From the IMG/VR virus record IMGVR_UViG_3300027769_000918, positions 27,482 through 91,481 of that record: DNA of 64,000 nucleotides, one strand, 5' to 3'. The DNA comes from a virus. A program made the position numbers and the translations under genes. The notes below the pieces were generated by a model. It saw nothing but the letters and a program-made list of their open reading frames with translations. It did no database searches and was not told where the DNA came from. Positions 11,032-19,868 of the stretch are shown here, in pieces (position 1 is the stretch's first letter; every line of letters begins with the position of its first letter).

Positions 11032-11330
11032 GCTGACTCATCATCCATCTTAATTCCACCACATACTTCGAGTATGCGATTGATAGTAGGAATGTCAAGA
11101 GCTTCTTCTAAAGCGTCTCTATCTTTTACAAGATCTGGAACTTGCTTTTCTAGTGCAACTCCACAAGCCTCAATTAGTAGGTCTAGCGATTCACCTTGAT
11201 CGGTGACTGATGCAGTCTTTTGAATAACTGCCATAAACTTTCTTAGCTCTTTAATTGATAAAGGCTTCAACGTAACTGTTGTGCCATTTTGCAGCTTGAT
11301 TTCTTCTGTGCTATATATTGTAGTAGCCAA
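10992..11330 (-). CDS. tail assembly chaperone G
   Basis: Between tail tube and tape measure; probable TTG start at 11330 behind AGGAGG. Confidence 0.85.
   Translation of the reverse strand: MATTIYSTEEIKLQNGTTVTLKPLSIKELRKFMAVIQKTASVTDQGESLDLLIEACGVALEKQVPDLVKDRDALEEALDIPTINRILEVCGGIKMDDESANLTQAAVLAGMN
11025..11031 (-). other. programmed -1 frameshift slippery heptamer A AAT TTA
   Basis: X XXY YYZ heptamer in frame with chaperone G; the -1 frame has TGA TGA stops just upstream and is open downstream. Confidence 0.8.
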
Positions 11331-11391
11331 TGTGTATCCTCCTAGGATTGTCTTAATTATTATAACATAAAGCATTTACCAGTACAACAAT

Positions 11392-11415
11392 AAAGCCCCC
11401 ATAAATGGGGGCTTT
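11392..11415 (-). terminator. intrinsic terminator after the tail tube gene
   Basis: AAAGCCCCCAT-TT-ATGGGGGCTTT hairpin followed by a T-rich tail. Confidence 0.8.
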
Positions 11416-11431
11416 ATCTACTTAATTTTAA

Positions 11432-12118
11432 TTAAGCTGGTGTCCAAGTACGGTCAATAATCTTACCGTATTCTGAACCTGTGTAACCTGCGTCTGGAAG
11501 CAAACGGAATGTTACTGGGAATGATGTTGGTGTATTACGTGCAAGTGAGAATTGTGACTGTTGTACAGACAATACACGACGTGCATAGTAAATACGCTCT
11601 GTTGTGGCTGAAGTGTCAGTTGGAGCTTGTCCAATTGCTACTAGCTGGCGCTCTGTTGGTGCAATACCAAGAGAACCTGCTTCTAGTCCAAGTGTCTTAC
11701 CTGCGTTTGTAAGAGTTCCTTGTCCTTGTCCGAAAACTACTAGAACGTTCTCTAGTGTTCCTTCTGCCATTTCTGTTGCGATCATAACTTCCATCGCAGA
11801 CTTGAAAAGCTTTGCTGTATCAAGTAACTGGTCAACAGTTACTGAATCGTAAGTTGGGTTATAAGTGATCTGAAGACCATTGTTTGTATAACCTACGTTA
11901 CGGTAAGCGTTATCTGTTACAGCTTGTGCTGCGTCAAGAGTTGTACGGTATGATGTTGCAGAGTTAAATCCTGGAACACCGTCCTTCTTTCCAGCTGTTG
12001 CAGTCTTTGCAACTCCTGGCTCTTGGTTTTCAACATAACCTGTTACAGTTGAATCTGAATTCGAGATGTAAAGCGGTGAAGCTCCCACAAGAATATTTTT
12101 GGCTGAGTTAAATGCCAT
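11432..12118 (-). CDS. major tail (tube) protein
   Basis: 228 aa; 'NILVGASPL...VGYTNNGLQITYNPTY...VDQLLD' is an actinophage-type tail tube; strong AGGAGGT RBS. Confidence 0.85.
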   Translation of the reverse strand: MAFNSAKNILVGASPLYISNSDSTVTGYVENQEPGVAKTATAGKKDGVPGFNSATSYRTTLDAAQAVTDNAYRNVGYTNNGLQITYNPTYDSVTVDQLLDTAKLFKSAMEVMIATEMAEGTLENVLVVFGQGQGTLTNAGKTLGLEAGSLGIAPTERQLVAIGQAPTDTSATTERIYYARRVLSVQQSQFSLARNTPTSFPVTFRLLPDAGYTGSEYGKIIDRTWTPA

Positions 12119-12232
12119 AGTGTCTTACCTCCTGTTTTAAAAATATATATATATTGTTAAACTTTGAAATCTTGGCTGGCTAGGCCCTTCCCTCTATATC
12201 CAATTTTAGTGTATAATGCCCCAAAAGGCAAA

Positions 12233-12742
12233 CTATAGGAATCTGCCGTTTGAATCTACATGCCTTGCATATTTTACTTCAAGTATCACATCGGCTGACA
12301 GGAAGCCTGCTAGCTCCTCTGAAGGGGCTGTAGGAGAGATGTCTGCAACAAATATGCTATAAAACTTAAACTTCTGGGATATACCTGAATACAGGTTTGT
12401 GTCTCTTGCAGACTCATCCATTCTTCTATATAGGTCAGTCATTAAATTTCTGATCTGATTAATCTCAGATATATCTGTAGAGTATATAGTAAATAGAATT
12501 TGCTCGCAGCATATTACCCAGTTGTCCTCGTAAGACATACCTACCTTATCGTAGACTATATGTTTTTTCCCGCTCAAAAATTGATTCATTTCTGGTTGCT
12601 GTTGTACTGGGATAATAGGAATTAATTCTTCTCCTAGATTATCGCTGTAGTAATCTGATGCTTGAAATAAACTATTTGATTTTAGTTGGCTCCATAAGTG
12701 CTTGCGAAGATCTAGCATTACGTCATAGTTATAGTCTGTCAT
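12233..12742 (-). CDS. tail terminator protein
   Basis: 169 aa immediately upstream of the tail tube gene (synteny). Confidence 0.6.
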   Translation of the reverse strand: MTDYNYDVMLDLRKHLWSQLKSNSLFQASDYYSDNLGEELIPIIPVQQQPEMNQFLSGKKHIVYDKVGMSYEDNWVICCEQILFTIYSTDISEINQIRNLMTDLYRRMDESARDTNLYSGISQKFKFYSIFVADISPTAPSEELAGFLSADVILEVKYARHVDSNGRFL

Positions 12743-13521
12743 ACGGCACCTCCAAATGCTGCTACAAGGGCAGTTTCTGCCTGCATATTTACTGTATTTG
12801 GAGAAAATGAATATTTAACTTTTCTTATGTCTCCAGGGAGCTTTAAAGCCTTTGTCATAGAAGAATTAAAAATCTGCTGAAACCTTGAATTTTTTATTGA
12901 AAGGTTTACTAGATTTCCAGTAAAAAATTGTGCATAAGCAATCTTAAATCTTCCCGTTGCTTTTCCGCCTCCAGGTCTCTTTACCGTGACTGGCATCCCC
13001 TTTGGCATTCTAACAACAAAACCGTCTATCTCAAATACTAAACGTTCAGCACTTCTTGGTCGTATAACAACTGGGTTTCCTGCTTCCATAACGGAGGCTT
13101 TATTTGTAAATACGTGTCTGGACTTTCCAAAGTTTGTTGGGACCATGGATTTAGATGGCTTGAACTCAGAAACAATTTTAAATGAAAGTCCACTTACTCC
13201 AGACATCTTTAAATTAAAAAGTCTTGAAGACGGAACACCTACCTTTTTCCATTCATAGACATGGTGAAGAGTTTTTGGATTGATTCTTGCTTGAGAATCT
13301 ACATAATTTCCAAAATCTTTTTCTATTTGGTTAAATAGAATTGTTTGGAACTTTGATTGAAATTGTTTGTTAGTTGTTACTTTTGAAACAACAGAAGCTT
13401 GATAATAAATTGCAGCAGAAATTTGTGCAACAGTGCTATCCTTTAAAACGGTGCCCTTAGCCCCAGACATGCTCTTGTGCAATCCGCTAGCTGCTTGAAC
13501 TAATACCGCACTAGTATCCAA
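12739..13521 (-). CDS. neck / tail completion protein
   Basis: 260 aa in the head-tail block (synteny). Confidence 0.5.
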   Translation of the reverse strand: MDTSAVLVQAASGLHKSMSGAKGTVLKDSTVAQISAAIYYQASVVSKVTTNKQFQSKFQTILFNQIEKDFGNYVDSQARINPKTLHHVYEWKKVGVPSSRLFNLKMSGVSGLSFKIVSEFKPSKSMVPTNFGKSRHVFTNKASVMEAGNPVVIRPRSAERLVFEIDGFVVRMPKGMPVTVKRPGGGKATGRFKIAYAQFFTGNLVNLSIKNSRFQQIFNSSMTKALKLPGDIRKVKYSFSPNTVNMQAETALVAAFGGAV

Positions 13522-13939
13522 TTGTCTGGTTCTCCGATCTCTTTACAGAGGTATTGTATCCTACTACTGTGCCGAATGGATCTGTCATTGGTGTCGATCC
13601 CATTACTTCAAAAACAGTTGGAGTATCTGTTGGAAAATTAGCTTCTACCCAAATAGCGGTACCGCTTGAATCAAGAATGTTTGTTATTTTTTCACGAAGA
13701 CTAACTTTGCCAGTTGTTCTAATTTGCAAAATCTGATCGTTTACATATCTATTACTTAACACTTGCTTGTCGCCAGTTCTTGTTGAAGCAGAATTAGATA
13801 TCACGCCTTTTGCATGGCAAGCCATGCTTCTGTCGTACTGCCATTCTCTTTTAAGGGCGCCTGTATTTGGATCTTGATAGTCTACTTGCTTATACACATC
13901 CATCTTCATAGTTAAAACTGAATCTATGACGTTAAACAT
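13511..13939 (-). CDS. head closure (stopper) protein
   Basis: 142 aa, beta-rich, follows the adaptor. Confidence 0.6.
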   Translation of the reverse strand: MFNVIDSVLTMKMDVYKQVDYQDPNTGALKREWQYDRSMACHAKGVISNSASTRTGDKQVLSNRYVNDQILQIRTTGKVSLREKITNILDSSGTAIWVEANFPTDTPTVFEVMGSTPMTDPFGTVVGYNTSVKRSENQTIGY

Positions 13940-14919
13940 TAGATAACTACCATTTGATTAATTACATAAGGCAGTAATATTTGATCAACATATACGTTAC
14001 CAGTGCCTCTGTAAGTTTCAGAGTTATATTCAAACTTCCAGTCAAATGTTGATATACTCTTCATATATTTGTCTCTCCAGACTTTGTCTTTTGAGAAATA
14101 GTCTTTCATAAGTTCAATTGCTGCAAGTTCAACTTCATCTGGCACTTGTTCCCAGCCATACCTGCCTGCAACACGGTATACGTTATCTTTTCCAAATGCC
14201 CCGTTGCCCATGTCATTTATAGATGGAGGAACCATTCCGTTTGCCACATAGACTGTATTATCAATCATGTTTGCACGATTTACTCTTACTCCAAAACCGC
14301 TTTCAGAAATAATAGTGCTATAGCTCCAATTATTAACGTTATTAATTGTATCAACTAATAATACGTCATTTTGATAAAGTTCATGTAGATCTGCTAGCTT
14401 AAATGGTAACGGAAGAACATCTGCTCCTGCCCCATATACTGTCTGAACGTCATCATAAAGGCTAAATACTTGGCCTGTATAATTTTCAATTATTTTTCTT
14501 GCATACCTTTCGGCTTCCGCAATTTCAAAATAAGATCTATAATTTGGATCAGATGGGTCTGAACCAAGTTTTAAAACATCTCCTGCTTGTGTAATATCAA
14601 CATATGGAGTTACTACAAAAAGTTTATGCTCTTTTGTAATAGCTGTTCCTTCAACAGAATATTCCCAAACAAGCTTAAGTTGTTTATTTCTATTTGTTAG
14701 TGAATGCGAAGGGTAAACTTCATAGACACCAATATCTGTTTCTAACTTTGTTGGAGTTAATGTTGTAACAAGTGTGCCTGGATTAATAGCAGGTGTTACT
14801 GCTGGGTCTTCCGTTATGTCGTATACTTTGACAGTTGGAAGACTATCAGCATCTTTTGGGGAGCCTTTCCAATAAACCTTGTGCTTTACTGGTGAGTTTG
14901 TACCTACTAATATCTCCAT
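13939..14919 (-). CDS. head-tail adaptor with an N-terminal extra domain
   Basis: C-terminal 'YARKIIENYTGQ...GRYGWEQVPDEVELAAIEL' is typical of gp6/gp15-like adaptors. Confidence 0.75.
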   Translation of the reverse strand: MEILVGTNSPVKHKVYWKGSPKDADSLPTVKVYDITEDPAVTPAINPGTLVTTLTPTKLETDIGVYEVYPSHSLTNRNKQLKLVWEYSVEGTAITKEHKLFVVTPYVDITQAGDVLKLGSDPSDPNYRSYFEIAEAERYARKIIENYTGQVFSLYDDVQTVYGAGADVLPLPFKLADLHELYQNDVLLVDTINNVNNWSYSTIISESGFGVRVNRANMIDNTVYVANGMVPPSINDMGNGAFGKDNVYRVAGRYGWEQVPDEVELAAIELMKDYFSKDKVWRDKYMKSISTFDWKFEYNSETYRGTGNVYVDQILLPYVINQMVVI

Positions 14920-14929
14920 TTAATAAAGG

Positions 14930-15337
14930 TTAAGCGTAGTAATCCTGAACTTCTTTAGGGGTTGCTATGCGGAAACCTTCCTCCTTGTCAAAAATTTTCT
15001 GAGCATCTTCTTCTGTCATTGCAACAAAAGGGTGCTCTTTTGTAAATGTATATCCAACTATATCGTATCTGTAATTCTCTCTTGTCATTCTGACTAGAAC
15101 TGTGTCCTCTGCCTTTTCTGACTTTGGATCAAATCTAGGAAGAATTTCTTCTGTTTCAGCAAACTCTTCAGCCGCCTCTTCAACATCCTTAATTGTCTTT
15201 TGATATACAGACCATGTTACGCCCTCTTCGGCAAGTGCGGCAATAACGTCTGCCTTATTCTTAATTCCATCAGTATCAACTGCAAAGTCCTCTGCAATTT
15301 TTCTGAGTTCTGCAACTTTTAATGTCTCAAATGACAT
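14930..15337 (-). CDS. small protein with an N-terminal HeH/Rho-N-like motif
   Basis: 'LKVAELRKIAEDFAV...KADVIAAL' helix-extension-helix pattern; follows the capsid gene. Confidence 0.55.
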   Translation of the reverse strand: MSFETLKVAELRKIAEDFAVDTDGIKNKADVIAALAEEGVTWSVYQKTIKDVEEAAEEFAETEEILPRFDPKSEKAEDTVLVRMTRENYRYDIVGYTFTKEHPFVAMTEEDAQKIFDKEEGFRIATPKEVQDYYA

Positions 15338-15387
15338 ATATTCTCCTTTGTTAGGTCCTTTAATTATAGCATTGTTAAATTAAAATG

Positions 15388-15418
15388 AAAAGCCCCCAAA
15401 ATTAATTGGGGGCCTTTC
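15388..15418 (-). terminator. intrinsic terminator after the major capsid gene
   Basis: GCCCCCAA...TTGGGGGC hairpin followed by TTTTCATTTT on the minus strand. Confidence 0.8.
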
Positions 15419-15433
15419 TAGGGTTAATTCTAA

Positions 15434-16483
15434 TTAAGAAGCAACCTTAACGTTCTTTACGACTACCCAAGCGTCAGCTTGTTCGATTTGGACGCCAACA
15501 CGTGTGTACATTGTGTACTCGATTGAGTCCTTACGTGGCCAGAAGAAACGGTAAACAGTTACATCACGCTTGATACCAATAACTACGTTATTTGGGAATG
15601 TCAAGTGGATATCTCCGTGTGAACCAGTTTGTCCTGAGTAATCTCCAGCTTGTGTCTCTGGAAGAAGTGGAACTTCAACAATCGGAATACCGAATGCGAA
15701 TGGTGCCACATATCCTGCAGGTCCACCTAGTGGTGCAACTCCACCACGAATAACGCTTGAAGCGATATCTTGTGGAATTGTTTGGTTTGTTCCAATGCTG
15801 TTAGCATATAGGAAGTCCTGAATCAAGTTTGATCCAGCAAGGAAGCGAAGGTCTCCACGACGTTGCTTGTACTTACGTGGCATAGCCTTAAGTGCCTTGT
15901 TGAATACTTCACGAGAAACTCCAGCACCGTTTGCGTCTACGACACGTCCTGATGCCTTTGCCTTCTTTACAACGCCATCAAATGACTTGTAAAGTGCGTC
16001 TCCTGTTAGGGATGTGTTTCCGTTAAGGATAACATCTTCGATGTCATTTCCTGCTTGTGTTGCCATCAAGCGGGCAATGTGATCTTCTAGGTCTGCACCT
16101 TCAATGTTGTCTTCTAGAGACTCTGTTGAAAGCTCCCAGTCCATACGAAGCTTCTTTGTTGTCAAAGAGATCTTTGAGAAAGTTACTGCACTGTTTTCAC
16201 CAGTGTTTTCTCCTTCTGATGCGAGACGCATAAGCTTCTCGCCGATTGACATGCGGTCAATCTCTGCTGTGTCTGCCTTAAGTCTAACTGTACGGGCAAC
16301 CTTACCGATTACGGTTGCGTCGAACATATAGTCTAGGAAGCGAGCAGATTGTTCTGGGTTAAGTAGTCCACCGTTTCCGTTTTCGGAAGCTCTGTGTACT
16401 CCTGTTCCACCAGTTGTTGAGCCAAATCCAGTTGATACTGTTGCACCAGCTGCGGCTGCTTTTTCTAATAGTTCATTGCTCAT
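15434..16483 (-). CDS. major capsid protein (HK97 fold)
   Basis: 349 aa; 'GGLLNPEQSARFLDYM...ELSTESLEDNIEG' motifs; follows the protease; strongly biased codons. Confidence 0.92.
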   Translation of the reverse strand: MSNELLEKAAAAGATVSTGFGSTTGGTGVHRASENGNGGLLNPEQSARFLDYMFDATVIGKVARTVRLKADTAEIDRMSIGEKLMRLASEGENTGENSAVTFSKISLTTKKLRMDWELSTESLEDNIEGADLEDHIARLMATQAGNDIEDVILNGNTSLTGDALYKSFDGVVKKAKASGRVVDANGAGVSREVFNKALKAMPRKYKQRRGDLRFLAGSNLIQDFLYANSIGTNQTIPQDIASSVIRGGVAPLGGPAGYVAPFAFGIPIVEVPLLPETQAGDYSGQTGSHGDIHLTFPNNVVIGIKRDVTVYRFFWPRKDSIEYTMYTRVGVQIEQADAWVVVKNVKVAS

Positions 16484-16498
16484 ATTATTTCACCTACC

Positions 16499-17839
16499 TT
16501 AGTTAAATATTTCGTTCACGGAACCGAGGAAAGAACCGTTCCATTTAGATTTCTTGATTGTTACTTCCTCTGATCGGCCAAGATCAGAAGACTTCTTAAT
16601 TGCAGTCTCGGACTCTACTGCATCGACACGCTTTTGTACACCATCAATCGTGTTCTTGATATCATTTACAGCGCTTGAAAGCACTGTGTGTTGTTCTGCC
16701 AACTCTGAAATTCTAGCATCTACGCTCTTGCTGAAAGCCTCAACAGTCTCTTGGATTGTTGTTACTTGTGCTGCATTAACTTCTGATGCCTTGTTTAGAG
16801 TTTCTGAAAAAAAGCCTTTTAGATCGCCTAACATCTTTGCAAAATCAGGTTCATCAACCTTATCTTCTGATACGTCGGCTGCTTTTTCCAGAGTCTCGGC
16901 AGTTGTGTCTTCTGCAACTGCATCTTCTGCAGGAGCATCTTCGACTGCAGGTGCTGCATCTGCTGCAACTTCTGCTGTCTCTTCTACGGTTGCTTCTGGT
17001 GCTGCTTCAACAGCTGCATCTTCAACAACTACGTTTTCTGTATTTTCTGACACTTCATTACCTCCTTCTGCGTTTGCCTGTTTTGCTATTTGTGTATCAG
17101 GCAACGTAAATCTTGAATGCTTATATGCATCAAGAATCTTATCAATCTCTTTTGACTTATTAACATCTGAACTTTCAACCCAACCAATTAGTTGTGCTGG
17201 CTTTCCAGATACTGGCGAGTCGTATGTTTTTTCTGTTGAGATAAAAACAGAATTGCTTTCTTCGCAATAAAAAATGTTTTCTGTTACAACTTCAGTTGCA
17301 ATTCCTTTAAATATTAATTGACCATTTACCTTTTGAATAGACAACACGTTGCAAAGTTCATTTGCTGGAGAATCAACAATTGATAGTTCAATTAAATCAT
17401 AATCTTTAATAAATCTTACTGTCTTGCCATTTGCTTTATTAACTTCATTGTCTGACTCATTAATCTTTCCGCCAATTGAAAATCCAGAAAGAGTTCCGTC
17501 TAAAACTTTTTCCCATGTGTCTTGTGCGCCCTTTGAGATGTAAGCATCTACATAGACACCGTTGTAAAATTCTTTTGATTTTGGATCATAGTATGTTTCT
17601 GGCTTAAATGAAACAACTTTCCCAACTGCTGTTGAGTTATGCATTTCACGGAGATTTCCTCTAAAACCTTCAAATGCTTTTAAGCTTGCTTCTGCTGTAA
17701 CAACGTCGCCTGTTTGATCTACATTGTCTAATGTAGCAAATCCAGACACCGTTCTTTTTTCACGGTTAACCTTAGTAAAGGGAACCGATAGACTGATGTT
17801 GTCGCCATGACTGGACCACAAAGACTTTTCAATATTCAT
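16499..17839 (-). CDS. prohead protease fused to a scaffold
   Basis: HK97-type protease motifs (REMH, GFSIGG, ELSIVDSPAN) plus an acidic linker and coiled-coil C-terminus. Confidence 0.9.
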   Translation of the reverse strand: MNIEKSLWSSHGDNISLSVPFTKVNREKRTVSGFATLDNVDQTGDVVTAEASLKAFEGFRGNLREMHNSTAVGKVVSFKPETYYDPKSKEFYNGVYVDAYISKGAQDTWEKVLDGTLSGFSIGGKINESDNEVNKANGKTVRFIKDYDLIELSIVDSPANELCNVLSIQKVNGQLIFKGIATEVVTENIFYCEESNSVFISTEKTYDSPVSGKPAQLIGWVESSDVNKSKEIDKILDAYKHSRFTLPDTQIAKQANAEGGNEVSENTENVVVEDAAVEAAPEATVEETAEVAADAAPAVEDAPAEDAVAEDTTAETLEKAADVSEDKVDEPDFAKMLGDLKGFFSETLNKASEVNAAQVTTIQETVEAFSKSVDARISELAEQHTVLSSAVNDIKNTIDGVQKRVDAVESETAIKKSSDLGRSEEVTIKKSKWNGSFLGSVNEIFN

Positions 17840-17892
17840 ATGCTTAATTTTAGCGACTTATATATAAAAAGGCAAATAGTGGTTGAGCAGGT

Positions 17893-19464
17893 TTACTCAA
17901 CTTGTCTTCCATCGCCCTTTGCATTTCTGCCTTCTCCTGAAACGTCTGGGGAAGTTGCTTGACGATCTTGTGACCTTTGTCTGGTATTTCCAGCTTGGGC
18001 TCTGATTTCTGCTGCTTGGGCTTGAAGGTCTACAACCTTATCTCCCCCATCAATTGGAATCATACCCTTTCTAATTCTAACTTCATTAGGTGTTATTACC
18101 TGCATTCTTAAATAACGCTCATCAATTTTAGACTGAGTATCTTCGTCTGTTAATGTTAATTCGTTAAATTTTAATACTAGCGCATCTGTCTTTTCGTCAA
18201 AAATATTGTTAATTTTCTTCTCTAAAATCATTTGGGCTGGTCGGCAAACCTGTTCTTTAAATGTCTTATCTGCATCACGAGCAACTGCCAAGTTTACTCC
18301 TTCTGGGGTGCCAATTTTATTAATTGGTACACGGTGAGCTAGTAAGATTTCGTCTCTATTTGATTTACGATACTTTTCAAACGACCCTTCTTGATTGCCC
18401 GCCTCAATCGGTTCCATTTTAAATTCAACCTTTGAGTCTGGAGTATCTGAAGGAAGTGGGACGTAAAGAGATCTATGGTTTTTCCCTTTTAACCCAACCT
18501 GAAAAAACTCTAGCAATTTTCTTTCTGATTCTGGAGAAAGCTTGGCCCCTTTTACTGTAATAATATATCTTGGAACCGCCTTGTTTTCAAAATAGTCAAG
18601 GTTATATTTTCCAGAAAATTCGTTTCCAACTAGGGCAACCTGTGCTGCAACAATGTCTGGTATTCCATAATAGTTGTTCATGGGGGTATACTTTTTTAAA
18701 TGAATAATTTCATTTGGTCTATCTTCTTGTCCTGCAATAGGATTTTCTGTTTCTGAGTCTCCAAAGTTATTGAAGAACACGGCCTTACCATATAGCAATT
18801 GAACAAAGCCATCTCTAAGCCTGCGTACACGCATTGTCTTTGCTGGTATATGTCCTATGTATCCAATGTTTCCGCCAGTGGTTCTACCAACTTCAATATA
18901 ACCGTTACCTGTTGCTTCTAAATCTGTGTACACCTTTATTAATGTTTGAGTAAAAGTATCTTCTTCGTTTGTAGTATCTAACCAGGCATGTAAATCTTGA
19001 CGCAATTTGTTTAGCTTTTTGCGGGCTCGCTCTAATTGCTTTTCATCTGTTATAGAATCAAACGCATCATTTGTCTTTTTTGTTTCAACAAAATCGTAGC
19101 CCAGCCCTACAATATTTGCAACCTTTGCATTGATTGCTGCATAGTTATATGTTGAAACTTCATAAATTTTAGAAAGATATTCTTGATTGTATGGGGGCTC
19201 AATAAGATCAAACATGGCATATCCACTGATAGCCTGTGCAAGAAGATTTTGTTGTGTTCCAACACCTTCAATACCTGTAAATGCTTTTGAAAACTCTCTA
19301 TTAATTTTTCTTTTAAATGCTGGTCCAAGACCTCTTACTTTTCTTAGGTCGTCTCCGCTTATAGCAAATGGGTCATTTGTTGGCTGTTCTTTTTTGAAAG
19401 AAAACCAATCTGCTGTATTTGATATATCAATGGTGTTACCGTCTTCTTCTTGAAACTCAATCAT
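17893..19464 (-). CDS. portal protein
   Basis: 523 aa; 'DLEATGNGYIEV', 'YYGIPD', 'ILLAHRVP', 'ITPNEVR' portal motifs. Confidence 0.93.
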   Translation of the reverse strand: MIEFQEEDGNTIDISNTADWFSFKKEQPTNDPFAISGDDLRKVRGLGPAFKRKINREFSKAFTGIEGVGTQQNLLAQAISGYAMFDLIEPPYNQEYLSKIYEVSTYNYAAINAKVANIVGLGYDFVETKKTNDAFDSITDEKQLERARKKLNKLRQDLHAWLDTTNEEDTFTQTLIKVYTDLEATGNGYIEVGRTTGGNIGYIGHIPAKTMRVRRLRDGFVQLLYGKAVFFNNFGDSETENPIAGQEDRPNEIIHLKKYTPMNNYYGIPDIVAAQVALVGNEFSGKYNLDYFENKAVPRYIITVKGAKLSPESERKLLEFFQVGLKGKNHRSLYVPLPSDTPDSKVEFKMEPIEAGNQEGSFEKYRKSNRDEILLAHRVPINKIGTPEGVNLAVARDADKTFKEQVCRPAQMILEKKINNIFDEKTDALVLKFNELTLTDEDTQSKIDERYLRMQVITPNEVRIRKGMIPIDGGDKVVDLQAQAAEIRAQAGNTRQRSQDRQATSPDVSGEGRNAKGDGRQVE

Positions 19465-19802
19465 TTCATGCCACCCATCTTTTTCATTTCATCTTTATAG
19501 TTTCCAATATCCATAGGGTCTGGAATTAGTCCCCAGTTAAGTCTTTGTTTTTGATATTCAAACTCTTCGTCGTCAATTTTTCTTCTTGCAGAAAGAAATT
19601 TAGGCCCGCCTTCATATATACCGAATGTGCGAACTTCTCTAGCCAAAGCATCGATTCTGGATCTATTGCCTTTTTTTGACGTGACTGAAAGAAAATTCCC
19701 ATCGTCGTCTCCAATCCATCTGCCGTCAGGCATTTCCCAGACGTATATGCCTAATGTGCTTTCTTCGTCAAGGACTTTATATTTAGTGTTATTAATATCC
19801 AT
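19461..19802 (-). CDS. hypothetical protein upstream of portal
   Basis: 113 aa, overlaps the portal start (ATGA); own extended -10 at about 19811-19819. Confidence 0.65.
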   Translation of the reverse strand: MDINNTKYKVLDEESTLGIYVWEMPDGRWIGDDDGNFLSVTSKKGNRSRIDALAREVRTFGIYEGGPKFLSARRKIDDEEFEYQKQRLNWGLIPDPMDIGNYKDEMKKMGGMK

Positions 19803-19868
19803 AGGTCTTTATTTTACCATTATTGTCTACTCAAGTCCAGCTTTTTGTCAAGCAGTGTGACAAAAAAG

